DNA from: Oikopleura dioica
Taxonomy: Eukaryota > Animalia > Chordata
Assembly: GCA_907165135.1 (NCBI GenBank)
Contig: OU015569.1
Location: forward strand, 8,866,001-8,930,000
Reading direction: 5' to 3'
DNA length: 64,000 nucleotides
The notes under the pieces are model-generated. The model made no database searches. It saw only the letters and a program-made list of their open reading frames with translations, and had not been told where the DNA came from. Numbering within the stretch: the stretch's first letter is position 1; each line of letters opens with the position of its first letter. Positions 9,570 to 22,148 of this stretch are shown piece after piece. A program made the position numbers and the translations under genes.

Positions 9570-12200
9570 AAACACGTGTCTTTTCTCACAAAATAAAAGA
9601 AAAACTAAATTGTGGACGATTGTTTGTTCAAGAAGCTGTTCGATGAATATTTCTGGCTGCAATTGATCATTGGATAGTTTTAGATGTTCATTTCAAGATT
9701 ATTTTAAGTGATTTCACCTTCTAATAGAAAGTCTAAGCCTAACAAAGTCTCAGTGTAAAACAAGCTCCCAGGAAAATAATGACTTCTAACAACACCTCAC
9801 CCTCATTGATTATTCACGACCTAGTCGAATAAATAAAATCGCGTCTTCGGTTAGACCAATTACTCTGATTGAAACAGTTTTACTTGAGAGCAATAACGAG
9901 AATATTTCTCAAAATGCAAACGATTTTTCTCGCAAAATTTCTGGCTCTGAGGTTAGTTCTAGCTTTTCGATTCCGCATTAAATTATACTTCTAGCACCTT
10001 CTCATCCGCCTATCTTCTTCAAAATGAGGCGATTCTGAATCCTTTCAAGCTCCCCCTTCAAGACTTAGAATGGAGTTCGGCATTCAACGACATCGAAAAA
10101 CGCTCCAGTGGTTCTGCTCGTCCATACAGGTTCCTGTACAAGTCCTCTTAGAGGGAAATATTGAAAGTGCTAAGTGTTACACGGCATGCTGCAAATTGAT
10201 TTTCTATTTCGATTTTTTATTTCTTTACAGACCCTAAAATATTATCTAATAAAATCAAAGCTCCGAAACTGGGAAATCAGAATCAACAGAGGGAGTCAAT
10301 TCAAGTTGTCTTCCTTCAAACCAAGAGTCGAATGAAATTTCATCGATGCACAGCATGTCGCTTGTTAATATTTTGGTTAAAGATGCGATGTAAATTTGTT
10401 TACCGGACGAACTCTATCGATGCTTTCATCTCAGGATCTTGTATTTCGTGTAGCTCTAGGACTCGTAATGTTCGAAAGAAGTCTTCTTGTGCAGATAAAC
10501 TCTTCGGTATTTTCACGTGAGCAAGATCTTCAAGCTCGCACCTTTTTGAGATGAACATTTGAAATCTCGTTTGCATCTATTCAGGATTATCAGAAATGCT
10601 CAAACTTCCTTAGAAAATCAAGCTGTTCGTTGTTGAACTTATCCTTGATTTTTAGTAGCCATTTGCCAGCGGCCTTTTCTTTTTCATTTTTCTTCGTCTT
10701 TTCCGTAAAATGAGAAGCGCTCGACCTCATCTTCTTCATTATTTGGTAGTCTTAGCTCGTTCTCTTTACTTTTTTATGTTCTATGTCTTCGTACCTGTTC
10801 TGCTTCTCACATTGTTAAGAGCTTCTTGTTTCGCACGCAGTCTTCCCAACCGTGTCAAATCATAGCTTCGGAGTTTTTCTTTCATCGATATAACAGACTT
10901 TTTGCTGCCTGGTTCTACATGCTGAAAATATTTGTAGTGAAGAGTTAAACAAGGAGTTAGTCTTATCTATTGAGTTATAGGAGCGCTTTAATCGATGAAA
11001 GTTAGTCTGACAAACGTATGGTCGAAATTAGAAGAAAAAGCTCTTTGCGATGCAGAATGTCCATTATGAATGGAAGTAGTGCTGAGCGAGCTATCACCTG
11101 GTTCACTGATAGTCCATTAATCTCAAAGCAAACGATTCTTTAATGGTTTTCAATAAAAGCGAGAAGCGATTCTTAGAAAGAACATTCGGTGAATGTTTTT
11201 TACCAAATGCTTCGGGAATGCAAATTTGATAGCCATTCGGCGAGCCTTAGGAAAAAGTATAGAGAGGGACGAACATTTGTTCGTCTCAAGTTTCAGGCAA
11301 AAAAAGTTTTTTATGATTTTTATTTAGACTTACGTTAACGTCAGCTTGTCGAATTAGACTTTCGTTATTTTTGATAGTGTTGAAATGGGCGCGGGTCATG
11401 TGACGCTTGCCAGATGTCATAAACGTATTCCAACATCCTTCGGCGTGAATGTAATCGGGAAAGTCTATGTCGATTCTTGATCTTTCCAGGGTGGAAGGAG
11501 GTCTGCATTTAACTCGCTCCGAGATGTTTTCCAGCAGCCAGTATAAATATCTTTCAATAGAGTCTCATAATGAGCCGTCTCGGTAATTATTTAATTTTCC
11601 GGTAGATGCAAATATCTTTATGTTCGTGAGCTCAATTCCTAAGTTGAAATTTGTAACTAATAAGCTCATCGTCTGTCTTGCATTTAGAAGTATTATTTAG
11701 CTGATGCATTGTCGTGAACGGCCTGTTGTGTCGCTTTCCTCGAAAATTGAACAGGCCAACAGTATTCACTCCTTTCCGCCATCTAGTGTTCGCTTTCATT
11801 CCCGTATTCGTGTCTGCTGCACGATATAACTGATCCATGCAGCTACTACCACAGCGGACAGGCGACTGTACCTGCCGTCGAAAAGAGCTCAAATGCTGGC
11901 TTCATTCAGTTTCAAAAGGTCTGCTAAGTAGATATTTTCGGACATTTGAAACTTTTCTAAGAAGATTTTGCTCATTCTTGCCGGAGCTGAAAACAGTTTA
12001 ATCTGTTTAAATCAAACAGTGACAATGTAAGAAAAGGTGTCAGCTTGTTCGAGATGACAATGGCAAAATCCCGATTAGCACACGCACCGGATTTCCGACT
12101 GAATGAGAGAACTCGTTTTCTCACGCCTCTTTCGCGATTTTGCAGAGGCAGGTAATTCAATTGAGGGCTCGTAGTCCGCTTCAGTCGCATTTTCTTCTTC
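9570..12200 (-). CDS. Probable multi-exon gene of unknown product
   Basis: Exon-like open segments ending at GT donors, e.g. CELEDLAHVKIPKSLSAQEDFFRTLRVLELHEIQDPEMKASIEFVR (~10400-10545) and DSIERYLYWLLENISERVKCRPP...LIRQADVN (~11335-11565). Full structure not resolved. Confidence 0.3.
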
Positions 12201-12589
12201 TTCCAATTCTAACGCAAGGCTTCGTCGGATGAGCTGAGGGAGAAATGGAATAAAAATAAGTTTTTCTTACTTTGGGTGTATGCATTTCAGTTTTTCCGAC
12301 GGGATCATAAGCTTTGCCTAGCGGACTTGCCCAAGCCTGGAATCTCTGTTGGCGGTATCTTCTCGCCCAGGTATCTAAAACTCAACTCGTGCTCTATCAT
12401 TTCCGTTCCTACCCGCCTTCTCCATCGCAGAATCTTCAGCTGTCAGTTTATCACTTCCTTTGTCGACTTTAGAATTTCATCTCAAGGTCATCTTCGGCAC
12501 TATTTATTCAATTAAAATAATATCTCCAATTGAAGCACGGTTGCTTTCTGATCGCTCTATAAAATACAAGTTCAGGTGTGACCTTTACT

Positions 12590-14370
12590 TATAATATTGT
12601 CCTTAGTGACGCCAAGAGAAGAAGAATCGCCTGAGACAAGAATCCACTGGATCAACTCGCGAGCGCGTTTCCGAATGTTAGCTCGGTAATTATCTAAATG
12701 ACATTAGATCGTTCAAAAAAGAGTCCACGTACCAGATTGCATTTGCGCTTCATCGGCATTTCCCCCAAGATCTAAGGTTTATTACATTGTTAAAGCGTCA
12801 AATTTAAAAATTCCTGATTTATTCTTAACCTGTCACGATCGCGCAAAGCGATGACCTGGAGAGAAGATTCAGAACGGTTTCGTACTGTAATAGCCTCTCA
12901 TTTGTGTCTGTCGCGTAGTTTTGAATTGTGCACTTTCGCCATTTTTCATCAGGTTTCCGTCTTCGATGAATTCTTTTATAAATTTTGAAGCAATCGTTCA
13001 CCTTATGAAAAAGCATTCATTCACTTTGAGGCGGCTGATTTTCACGTGGTGTGTCTCTGGAAAAATAAGCAAATTCTGGCGTCCATCTTTTGCATGCACC
13101 CAGCGAAGTTTATGCGCCTTTTTTCGAAAATAAATAGCTGCTCCTATCACTTGATAGTAACCCTATTATTTATCTGTTTTAATTTCGGAACTGACCCAAC
13201 CGCGTTTTTCTCGAGACTCCATCAAGGATTTTTTTTCTATTTTTACGGCACGACTCCTTCAATCGCGCATATGTAAATGATACTACCTATTGTTCGTTCT
13301 TGCAACCAACAAATTGTCATCATGACAGCAAAAGATTCTTTCTAACTTTATTTTTTACAGTTATTTCAAAGCTACAGAGAAATAAAATAGAGACTATTCA
13401 ACGTACGAGAAACAACTCCAATCATCGTCGCCCATTGACTTGGCTTCACCACCAGTCTGAATTTTTGAGTATTTGGTCTGTATTATTGCTGAGCGCTTAC
13501 TTCGTCGTCCGTACCACCTGAGCACTCTTCCCCGCTCTGATAGAGTTTCTTGCCGACTCTTAGCTCGGTGAGACTGTCGGAGAACTCATCAAACAAGTCC
13601 TGGTCGTCTTGATCCTGACTTCGCTCGCTTCCGTCCTCTTTATTCCCTCCTTGATTGTCATTGTTATCGTCATCCAGAACATCTGAATTAAAATCATCTT
13701 CAGCTTCTTCGGCAGAAAGGAAATCTTCATTGAAGTCATCCGCATCGTCGTCATCTTCGTCTTCGTCTGGCGAATCGCCTTCGTAGGTGTTCAGACAGAA
13801 TAAACTTCGGAGCAAAGTTATTTTCTGACACTATCCTGCTCCATCATCAGATCCTCCGAGCTCCACATTTTCATCGTCATCGTTTTCATCATCTAAACAG
13901 TAAAGATTTTCTGTCGAAATTTTTGAACGGTGAAACAACGATGAAAACATATAGATAATACACACAGAAGTGGTTAAATGGAAGCCGCGATTGATTTCCC
14001 ACAAAGGATTTTCATCAATTTTCATCCCTAAGGGGGATTAAAAATTCGAATCTCTTTTTGAAATTTCAAAATTTGCAATAATTTTAAAATTCTTGGAGGG
14101 AAGACCTGAGTCGGCATCGGCACCACTCGCATTCGATTTCTCCTCTTTGCGAACAAAGAGCAATCGAAGGATCGCGTCAAGAAAGCTCGGATTGACTAAT
14201 TTATACCGTAGAAAAACGTGGAAAAGTTCAATACGCAGTGTCATGAAACATATTAAAAAGAGTGAGATAATGGAGTAAATACTTCCTACCTCCTTGGGAA
14301 GAGTCGTCAAATGAGTTGTCTGTTGATGAGCCTCCAGAAGAAGAAGAGTCAGAATTGAAACTATCGTCTG
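12590..14370 (-). CDS. Probable multi-exon gene for a protein with a long Asp/Glu-rich tract
   Basis: ORF 13483..13815 is highly acidic and ends at a GTAAG donor. Flanking exon-like pieces: MADDSFNSDSSSSGGSS, TGGEAKSMGDDDWSCF, DNYRANIRKRARELIQWILV. Boundaries uncertain. Confidence 0.4.
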
Positions 14371-15697
14371 CCATACAGCCAAAGCACTGCGTCCAGATGG
14401 ACTGATGGTGGTCTTTCTCTTCACGATTCTTGCTTAATCAGCTCAATTTTTTTCTTTATAAGAGTGCTTATTTCCCCTGAAAAATAAAGGCAACAATCCT
14501 TTGAAGATACATAAACAAGCTTTGAACTAGATTCCTTTGTCGGTGGTGATGATGTCGCGTTGGGCACACATCTTCCACTTGACGAGTACTAAAACGGCTA
14601 TTATTCTAAAAACAAAACTTATGTGGTGTTTTCGCACGTGGCTTCCAATTAACGGTAGTTTTCCGTATCAGCACTTGCAGTGATAGAAAGAGTGCACTTC
14701 CTTATCCGAATTCCATGCACTTTGTGGAAGCTATTGCTACTTTAGAGCACTTTTTGAATTATCGTATTCGATGTTTTATTTACGGTTTGGTACCAAAATG
14801 ATGGCCGCGACCTAAGGATTCTAATATCATACCGCGATACGGAATTTTCATGTTGTTCGGAGGTTTTGGGCATTTTTCTTTCATGACTTGCATCTTCTGA
14901 GCGGCCAAACTTGCAGGGCAAAACGCACTCCACTACTTCTGTTTGCCCAGATTGGCAGAGAAGAATGTGTTTGTGCGGCTGTTAAAGGCTTTGCTTACAG
15001 TAAAGGAATCTTTACTTTTTGAACGAGTGGAAGATAAAAGCTTTTCCTTGACGAAAATGGCATGTCGTTCTATTTTCTCGTCCAGTTGATGAGATTTCAC
15101 CGAGGGCTTAGTTCGGGGTGGCTTCGGCTGGGTGATATTTTGTCTGCGCCTCTTATTAAACAATCGGAATCGACCCCGGAGCCACGGTAATTATAGAAAA
15201 TATCACGTTTCTTTTTCGGAACTTCATTTTGGGTTTCATTAATGCTAGGACTCCTTTACTTTAAGTACTATGAGCAAGGATTATTGAGACCCTTTCCTTC
15301 TGGGTACAAAGTTGAGGAAGAAGTGCAGGAATCTTTAAGGATATAAGCTTTTAGAAATTATAGGCCATGGAATTCTAACAGATAAGTCTTATCCCTTTCC
15401 GAGCCAAAACTTGATCCACGTTCGACAATTTACAAAATCATCACAATTATGGATTTCCTCAAAATCCAGGATTACCGCTGCATTTTAAACGCACACCTCC
15501 TTCTACGAATATTTGAAACGTTCTTATTAAATTATATAAATTATTTGAGGTTAACTTGTGGAACCTGTCCTTGAGGTGCACGCTTCGCTCGCTTTTTCTT
15601 TGTTCAATTTTCTCTTAACATTTCGAAATTGAAAATATACTGTAATAATTACTGGTAAATGATGACATCTTGTCAATAAAACGAACTCATGTTATCA

Positions 15698-16399
15698 TTA
15701 CAGCGTATTTTGCACAATAAAATGCGGATTATTCCCTTTTACATACCATTCAGATGTCATTACTGAGAACTTATTACCTAGTTTCTGTTCATTTTTTCTC
15801 TCGCTCGGAATTAGAGGATCCATTTCGTCATTTTCACAGACGATAGGGTTATCGCTTGGAAGGTTAGTCGAGGCAGAAGTTGAGGAATGTGGCTCCAGAA
15901 TGTCCTCAAGAAGAGTCGATTTATTCTGATAAGCATGTTTCTCACGCAGCGCAGCCGGATAGAAACGTGAGAATCGAGAAGAAAAGACGTTTTCGCCGTG
16001 GAGTACACGTTGAAGAGTTAAAATTCTAAAGCGATCATTTAGAATTTCCAAAAGCCGAATCCAATGAAGAAGGGTGCTCTATCATCGCCTGTATGACCAC
16101 AAGTCAATTTTTCCAAGAATAAACTCAAGCTAATGAAAGTTCCTCGTCAGCTCGAAAACTTGGAACATAAAATCTCGGTTGAGTTCTTGACCAAATAATC
16201 GACCGAGGCTGGCAAGTCCGCGGTCTCGACGTGTCCATACCGGTGAGTATTGCGATGAAGATAAACATTCAGCGGGCTTTTGCTGCAACTCTTTGGCTGA
16301 AACAAAGTCGATTAGACTTATGAAACATTCGTTCAAATAAAGCTTTCTTTCGCTTCTGATAAGTACCTGCGCGCTTATTACCGCCATCGCGATGGGCAA
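15698..16399 (-). CDS. Possible exons of an unknown gene
   Basis: Two same-strand ORFs (117 and 89 aa) with protein-like composition and short AT-rich gaps. No recognisable domain. Confidence 0.25.
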
Positions 16400-16644
16400 T
16401 TAACGATTTTTGAGAATTTTGTATTACGGAAGTATTCGCCTCAGATATGTCGCATCTCTCAGCTCAAAATGCAGTTTGGGTTGTTCGTCAATCGCTTTAG
16501 GTTTACGTAATGTCTTTTTTTGTCTGGGCTCAGTAATTTATCCCGCAGACCTTTCTTCCTTCGCTTGTAAGAATTATTCGTAAGAAATGGATTTATTCTC
16601 TATTCTCTGTGATATAATTCCAGAAAAGCAAGAGAGGCTTGAGT

Positions 16645-16797
16645 TAATCCTGCCAAAGCGCACACATCAGTTCCAAATTAATTTTCCTAATTGCGCCTCT
16701 TCATCATAAATCACATCCCTTGATTACATTTTTCCTTCGCGCGCAGAAAAATTAAGAAGGAGGATTAATCAAAGATTTCAGATCTGAAAAGGGATTA
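16645..16797. promoter_or_regulatory. Cluster of three K50 homeodomain (Otx/Pitx-type) TAATCC/GGATTA sites upstream of the CUB gene
   Basis: TAATCC at 16645-16650, GGATTA at 16762-16767 and 16792-16797. Confidence 0.35.
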
Positions 16798-17214
16798 TTC
16801 TTCTGTAACGGAACAAATTTTAAAAGATCATTTCACTCGCTGATTTACTGTAACAGTGGATCATTGACGTTTACAACGAGTAGCAGAATCATCTTGAAGG
16901 CTCTCAAGTTGATGACATTAAAACCCAGCAAAATTATGGCCTTCCCAGATTTGGGGCAGAATTATCAGCGATGGACACAATTAGAGAATGAAAAACGCAT
17001 AAATTCTTACCAGCGCTGAAAGCTATAATTATCCAATGATGAGAAGAAAAAAGTGCGCACATTTGCGCGCCGAAATCGTGAAAATTTAGGTGGCGCTCGC
17101 TCGCTAAGCACGGCGCGTAAAAACGCTCGTCCCGTAAAGCTCGACAGCACTGAGCGAACTTTGATTTCGATTCACAGAGATTTAGAAAGTCGAAGAAAAT
17201 ATTCAAAAGACAGA

Positions 17215-18388
17215 ATGACGAGAAGAATTCTAGCCCTTTTTGGACTAGCAAATGCTCTTGAAAACATGACTGATTACGACAATTACGATGAAGAGCGCGC
17301 TTCCAATAGATATCTGATGGATTCTCCGATCTGCCAATCTGTAGAAGACTGCGCTAATCTTGAAGGTAAGAAAGAAAGTTTCGGTTTATTTGACTTTTAT
17401 GTAGGATGCGATGGAGCTCTGTTCACAAATTCGCAAGGGACAATTCAAATCTCTGATTATAAAAGCCGATTCAACTGTCGATGGGAAATCAAAGCTTCTC
17501 CAGGCCAGCATATTTCGGTAACAAAAATAATTGAAATAACGGAAAACCTCTACTTGTGCGCACTTTAAGTTTTCTTTGCTGATATCAATTTTGTTTAGAT
17601 CGTGGTAGAAGAAGGCGCTTTCTTTGGAATCGAACACAATGCTGCATGCGGGAGCGATGGCCTTAAAATTCACGGTCAAGAAAATGAAGAACTTGTTGGA
17701 TTCGGGCGTCTCTGCTCTTCTTTGACTTCGGCGACGAAACCATACAACGGAATGGCAGCTTATAAGACTAAGGGCGGAGAAAAAATTCAATCGAAGCTCT
17801 TCAGAAACTGGCTTGAGCTAGATTCGGATCATTTGGTCATCGGTTTTGACACGGATCAGAATAATGAAGGTGCTGGTTTTATTTTGCGTTGGAGATTCGA
17901 CGATGCAGGCACAACGACAGCTCCAGAAACAACGACATCATATCCTCTAGTACCTGCAGTCGTAAGTTTAAAAGCATTTATAGTAATTTTGATTTATTTG
18001 TTAGGAAGTTCTTACGGCTTTCGAGAACGATTTGGAAGAGGTCTTCACGGAAATCATTCATTCTGATCGCCATGAGCTGGCTAATCGCCACTTGGAACAA
18101 CTTCTTAGTCGATTTCAGTCTGGAATTAGTCGATGTCCTAATGGAGACCAAAGCACCCGTGAAGTTAGAGGCCCCGATCCAGCAGTATTCGACCCAATCG
18201 ACATTGACGGAATAGAGGCAGAGTGGAACCGATTTAACTCTGAGCTCCTTGATGGCTGCGAACTCGCATACATGGTCAACAACGGCATGGACTACTGGAA
18301 CACAAGCTGGCCTCGCCGCATTCGCCGATTTATGGACAGGTTACGCCGACACATGGGACTCGACGAGCTCGGTCTGCACAATGCATAA
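17215..18388 (+). CDS. Secreted CUB-domain protein with a short Thr-rich linker and an unrecognised helical C-terminal domain, 4 exons
   Basis: Signal peptide MTRRILALFGLANA. CUB motifs GCDG..GTIQ..Y..RFNCRWEI, C.SDGLKI, GRLC, L.IGFDTD.NNEGAGFILRW. Three GT-AG introns in phase. Confidence 0.85.
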
Positions 18389-18610
18389 TTCACTTACTGT
18401 CAACTGAGTTCTTAAAACTCATAAGTTCTGTATAAATTATGTGATAAAATAAATTACAATATTTTTCAAATATATTTCTTCACTGTGAATGCAAAAGGTG
18501 AGATACAAGATTTTAAGTCTCCCCCAAGCGAAGAATTGGATAACCCTGAGACTACCTAGAATCGATGTTCCGGTATTTGTAAAGTTCGAGGAGGCGCCAT
18601 TCCCTCGCTT

Positions 18611-18618
18611 TATATAAG
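18611..18618 (+). promoter_or_regulatory. TATA box
   Basis: TATATAAG about 40 nt upstream of the signal-peptide ATG at 18657. Confidence 0.45.
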
Positions 18619-18656
18619 ACCTTCGAAAAAAGTCAAGACGAGTCCGATGTCTTAGA

Positions 18657-19425
18657 ATGAGAGTTTTTCTTCTACTTGTATCTTGCATTCTCGCTGCCAA
18701 GGGTATATTCCATTACTTCAGCAGAAATATAATGATGTAAAAGTTAAAGGGCCGCTGACCCGAATCCGGAAGTCGACGAAAGCAGCGAGAGAATGGATCG
18801 ATGAGAACCTGCAAGGATTCAAAAGATAGAGAAAACTCGCAGGGTGCTCAGAAGATGGGAAACCAACGTGCTTGTAGGTCTACGAGATATTTTGACAGTT
18901 CAGCTATTCGATTCCGACAAGAACAGCTGAGGCACTTCGAAGTTTTAAACTCAATTATTTCGAAACGTTCAATCAAACATGTTCAAAAAACCAGAAGAAA
19001 AAACACGCATCGATCAAATAAATAGAGCCCGAATGACCGAATTTGACTTTTACATTTCAGTCTGTATTTGATGATGAAGGAACAGTGAAATGCACAGCGC
19101 GAAAAAATGACAACAGCGAGTCAATCAATCGGAAACTGTCGACACGATTTGTCGATGATTACGTCGAACTCGATTTCGAGAACGACGAGGAAGAGTCAAT
19201 ATCGTCACGGCGATGGCCACAGAATCCCACGTTGCAGATTTACAGAGTAAGAAGCAATAAAATAGATATGATGCGACTGTCTTAATTAAGCTTGGCCGGA
19301 ATCTCCGCCGAATAGGTGCTGACTACCTCCAGCACTGCCGCCGTTTTGCCAAGTATCACCTTTTGACAAGAAAGCTCGAACGTCACCTACTCAGTGGTCT
19401 CGCAGTTGTTTCAAAGACTGACTAG
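18657..19425 (+). CDS. Small secreted basic/helical orphan protein; middle exons ambiguous (frameshift or non-canonical intron)
   Basis: Signal peptide MRVFLLLVSCILAAK. The 3' exons SVFDDEGTVKC...LQIYR|LGRNLRRIGADYLQHCRRFAKYHLLTRKLERHLL...* join via a GT-AG intron. An in-frame TAG occurs at 18827-18829. Confidence 0.5.
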
Positions 19426-19951
19426 CTTTCTGCAAACACTATTTCGCAACTTTTTTTATGCATTTTTAAGCTGTATAACTTTTGATGTTCCATGAGACTT
19501 AACGTGGTGAAGCACGAAATTCTTGGTCATTGATTCTTGCTGCATTGACGTTTTATTAAAGAAAGAATGAAAAATGAATTTATGAAAACAGCTAAAGCCA
19601 TGGAAGGAGAATGAGTTTATTTTTGAAAAGAACCTCTGTGGTAAAATAACCGAGGCTTACTACTAGCCACAGAGAACGTAGCGATAAGTGGGCTGTATAT
19701 ACAGCAATTTAGCGCCAGCGATATATCTGCCATCGTCGAAGATTCTGCCGAATTTGAAAATTTTTTTGCAAAAAGAAATAGAAATATTTTAAAATAGTAA
19801 TTCTGAAAGAAAATGAAAAACGTGTGAAAACACTCGATAAAAATATCGTTAAGCACCGTCGTTAGGGGGAGGAACAGCTCAGTGCACATAGCAACCAACT
19901 TTCTCTGAAGACAGAAGGGAACTGTTATTGAAGCGAGAGAAGTAGAAAAAA

Positions 19952-21697
19952 ATGAAGTACTCGATTCACCAGTGGAATCAACACAATAATGCCAAAATTC
20001 AGCACGCTCAGCGGGCGAGAACGATTGGTAAGTAGATTTATCATTTATCGCTTTGAAAATAATAGATAACTGTTCTCCTTTGACAAATGTGCTCGAGAAA
20101 ATTCTGTCTCACGAAAATTTTGATACATGCACGTTTGTTTTTAATCGTGTTTTTTAAAGTCGAGGATTTGCGAGATGAAGCGGCTCGAGCCCTAGAAGAA
20201 ACGGCTAAACACACAAGAAATACCCAGCGCGCTGTAACCACGCGGCTGGACCAGCGGGTCCAAAAGGTCGATCACTGGCAGGGCGAGATTGAGAACAAGC
20301 TTCACGAACTCAACAATGAAATCGACACGCTGCTAAATCTTAAGGTCAGCTTTTGGTCAAGCGTCTAAATTTCGTGATTAAAATTATGGGGGTTAACGTA
20401 TTATCAAGGACACAGTCGCCGAAGCACTTAAAGCCACTGTTGAACCGGTGAAGATTAACCGTCACTGTCAAGCATTGAGGTATCTTTACAGATCTCTTTC
20501 AAGAATAAACATTTTCCCAGAGAGCAGCGAACAGATGTCGACAATGTCCATGATGTCGTCGAAAAAGATCTTGCAAAAGAAATAGACGTTATTCTCTCAT
20601 CTAGTGATATTCTCAGCGACTGCATTGATCAAATCACGGAGCAAATAAGAAAGAACCGCTCTGCCAGATACCACCTAGAAAAAGTATAGTCTCCAAAAAG
20701 CCAACAGCTTTCAAATAAATTTCAGGACCAAAAAGACAAACTAACGGCCCATAGAATCGACGACGAAGCTCAGCAGCTCCACAACAACTCGAAAAATGCT
20801 CAGCGTGTAAGTTACCTGGATAGTTTCGAATTCATTCGGAGAATCACGAGTAACAGTTTTTATAGCGTCCAATGACTGCAAAAGTCACTTTGGATGGATA
20901 CTCCACACCATCGCAATGGCAAAATTTTACAGAAGTGAACGTAGCAAAGGCAGAAAAAGAAAGAGACAACTCTCGAGATCTCCGAGGAGTTGTTGAGGGG
21001 ATTCTTCGACGAACGACAGGTAAATTATAGTTTTGATAATTGACGACGATAACTGTTTTCAAAAGAGAATATGACTGAAGCGAACCGCAAAACGTCCTTC
21101 CAATTCAGCGAGCGCGTCAAAGAGACCAAGATCGCGAAAAAAAAGATGACGAATGAGCTTGATCTAGTGATGAAGGAGGTGAGCGAGCTCGAGAAGTCAA
21201 TTCTTGACTTGGAGCAAGGCATCAAGGCGAAAGAAGGCTCGCTGATGGTTTGCGGTAAAATAACGACATTAACTTCGCTTTGGCAACATTGAGTTTAGAA
21301 ACAAGAATGGAGATGCGCCAGGGGCGGCCGAACTATGAGTACTGCGTGGATCAGCCGCATAAGCAGCTTCGAGCCGAGAATAAGGAAATCAACGAAAATA
21401 TTAATCGGTCGGTTATTTGGAATGATTTTTCGCTAAGTCATATTTAGCCTGGTGGAGCTGCTTCACGGTGCCACCGTGCAGATGAAAGACCTCAAGCGAC
21501 AGCAACTTGAGCTCCAGGAAGAGATCAAGATCAAAGAAAACACAATTTACATTGGTAAGAGCTTAGCGAAGCGGCGGGGTGTAGCAAATTTTAGATTCAC
21601 AAAAAGCACCAAAAACGTCAAAAACTTTATGAAACTGTTTTTAGATGAAGTTTGCTGCATTGCTGAGAGGGAATCGATAAGCTTCAAGTTTTTCTAG
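19952..21697 (+). CDS. TEKT1: Tektin-1 (axonemal filament protein), about 10 exons
   Basis: QIRKNRSARYHLEKD, RIDD, NVAKAEKER.NS, LQEEIKIKENTIYIDEVCC match TEKT1. All introns GT-AG and in phase. The signature reads RPNYEYCVD. Confidence 0.92.
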
Positions 21698-22148
21698 TTT
21701 CAGTCAGCTCCGACCCTGTTTGTACCTTGTATTAGCGTATTTGTGAAAATATAAACTCGAAAATTTTTTTTGCGTTGAACATTTTTGAACACGAGAAAGT
21801 TAAATAACAATTTGACTCTCTAACAGTTAATATTTAAAGATTTCTTAAAAATAATCATCCAGTGGTGATTACTCTGAGCAAAAGGATGAGAGATGAGAAT
21901 ATTTTAAAATCATCAGTGACTAGGCAAGGCCGAGAATAAAACCTCAGAATAAAAGATCAGAAGCATGAATCCGTGGGAGTTTCGCTGAATCATGGACATT
22001 TACTTTGATAAATAACAAATTTCAATTGTCCGAAGTTACGATGCGTGAACGTGAAAGTGCACCTAATTATCCCAATCACAACGGAAAAGCTATTTAAATG
22101 TCCCTATTTTTTATTCAAGTATCAGTTAAGAGACAACTCGACAGAGAA

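Noticed and set aside
12595-12700. ARELIQWILV...VTKDNII looks like the start of a MAGE/NSE3 winged helix
   Set aside because: The next in-phase exon does not continue the similarity.
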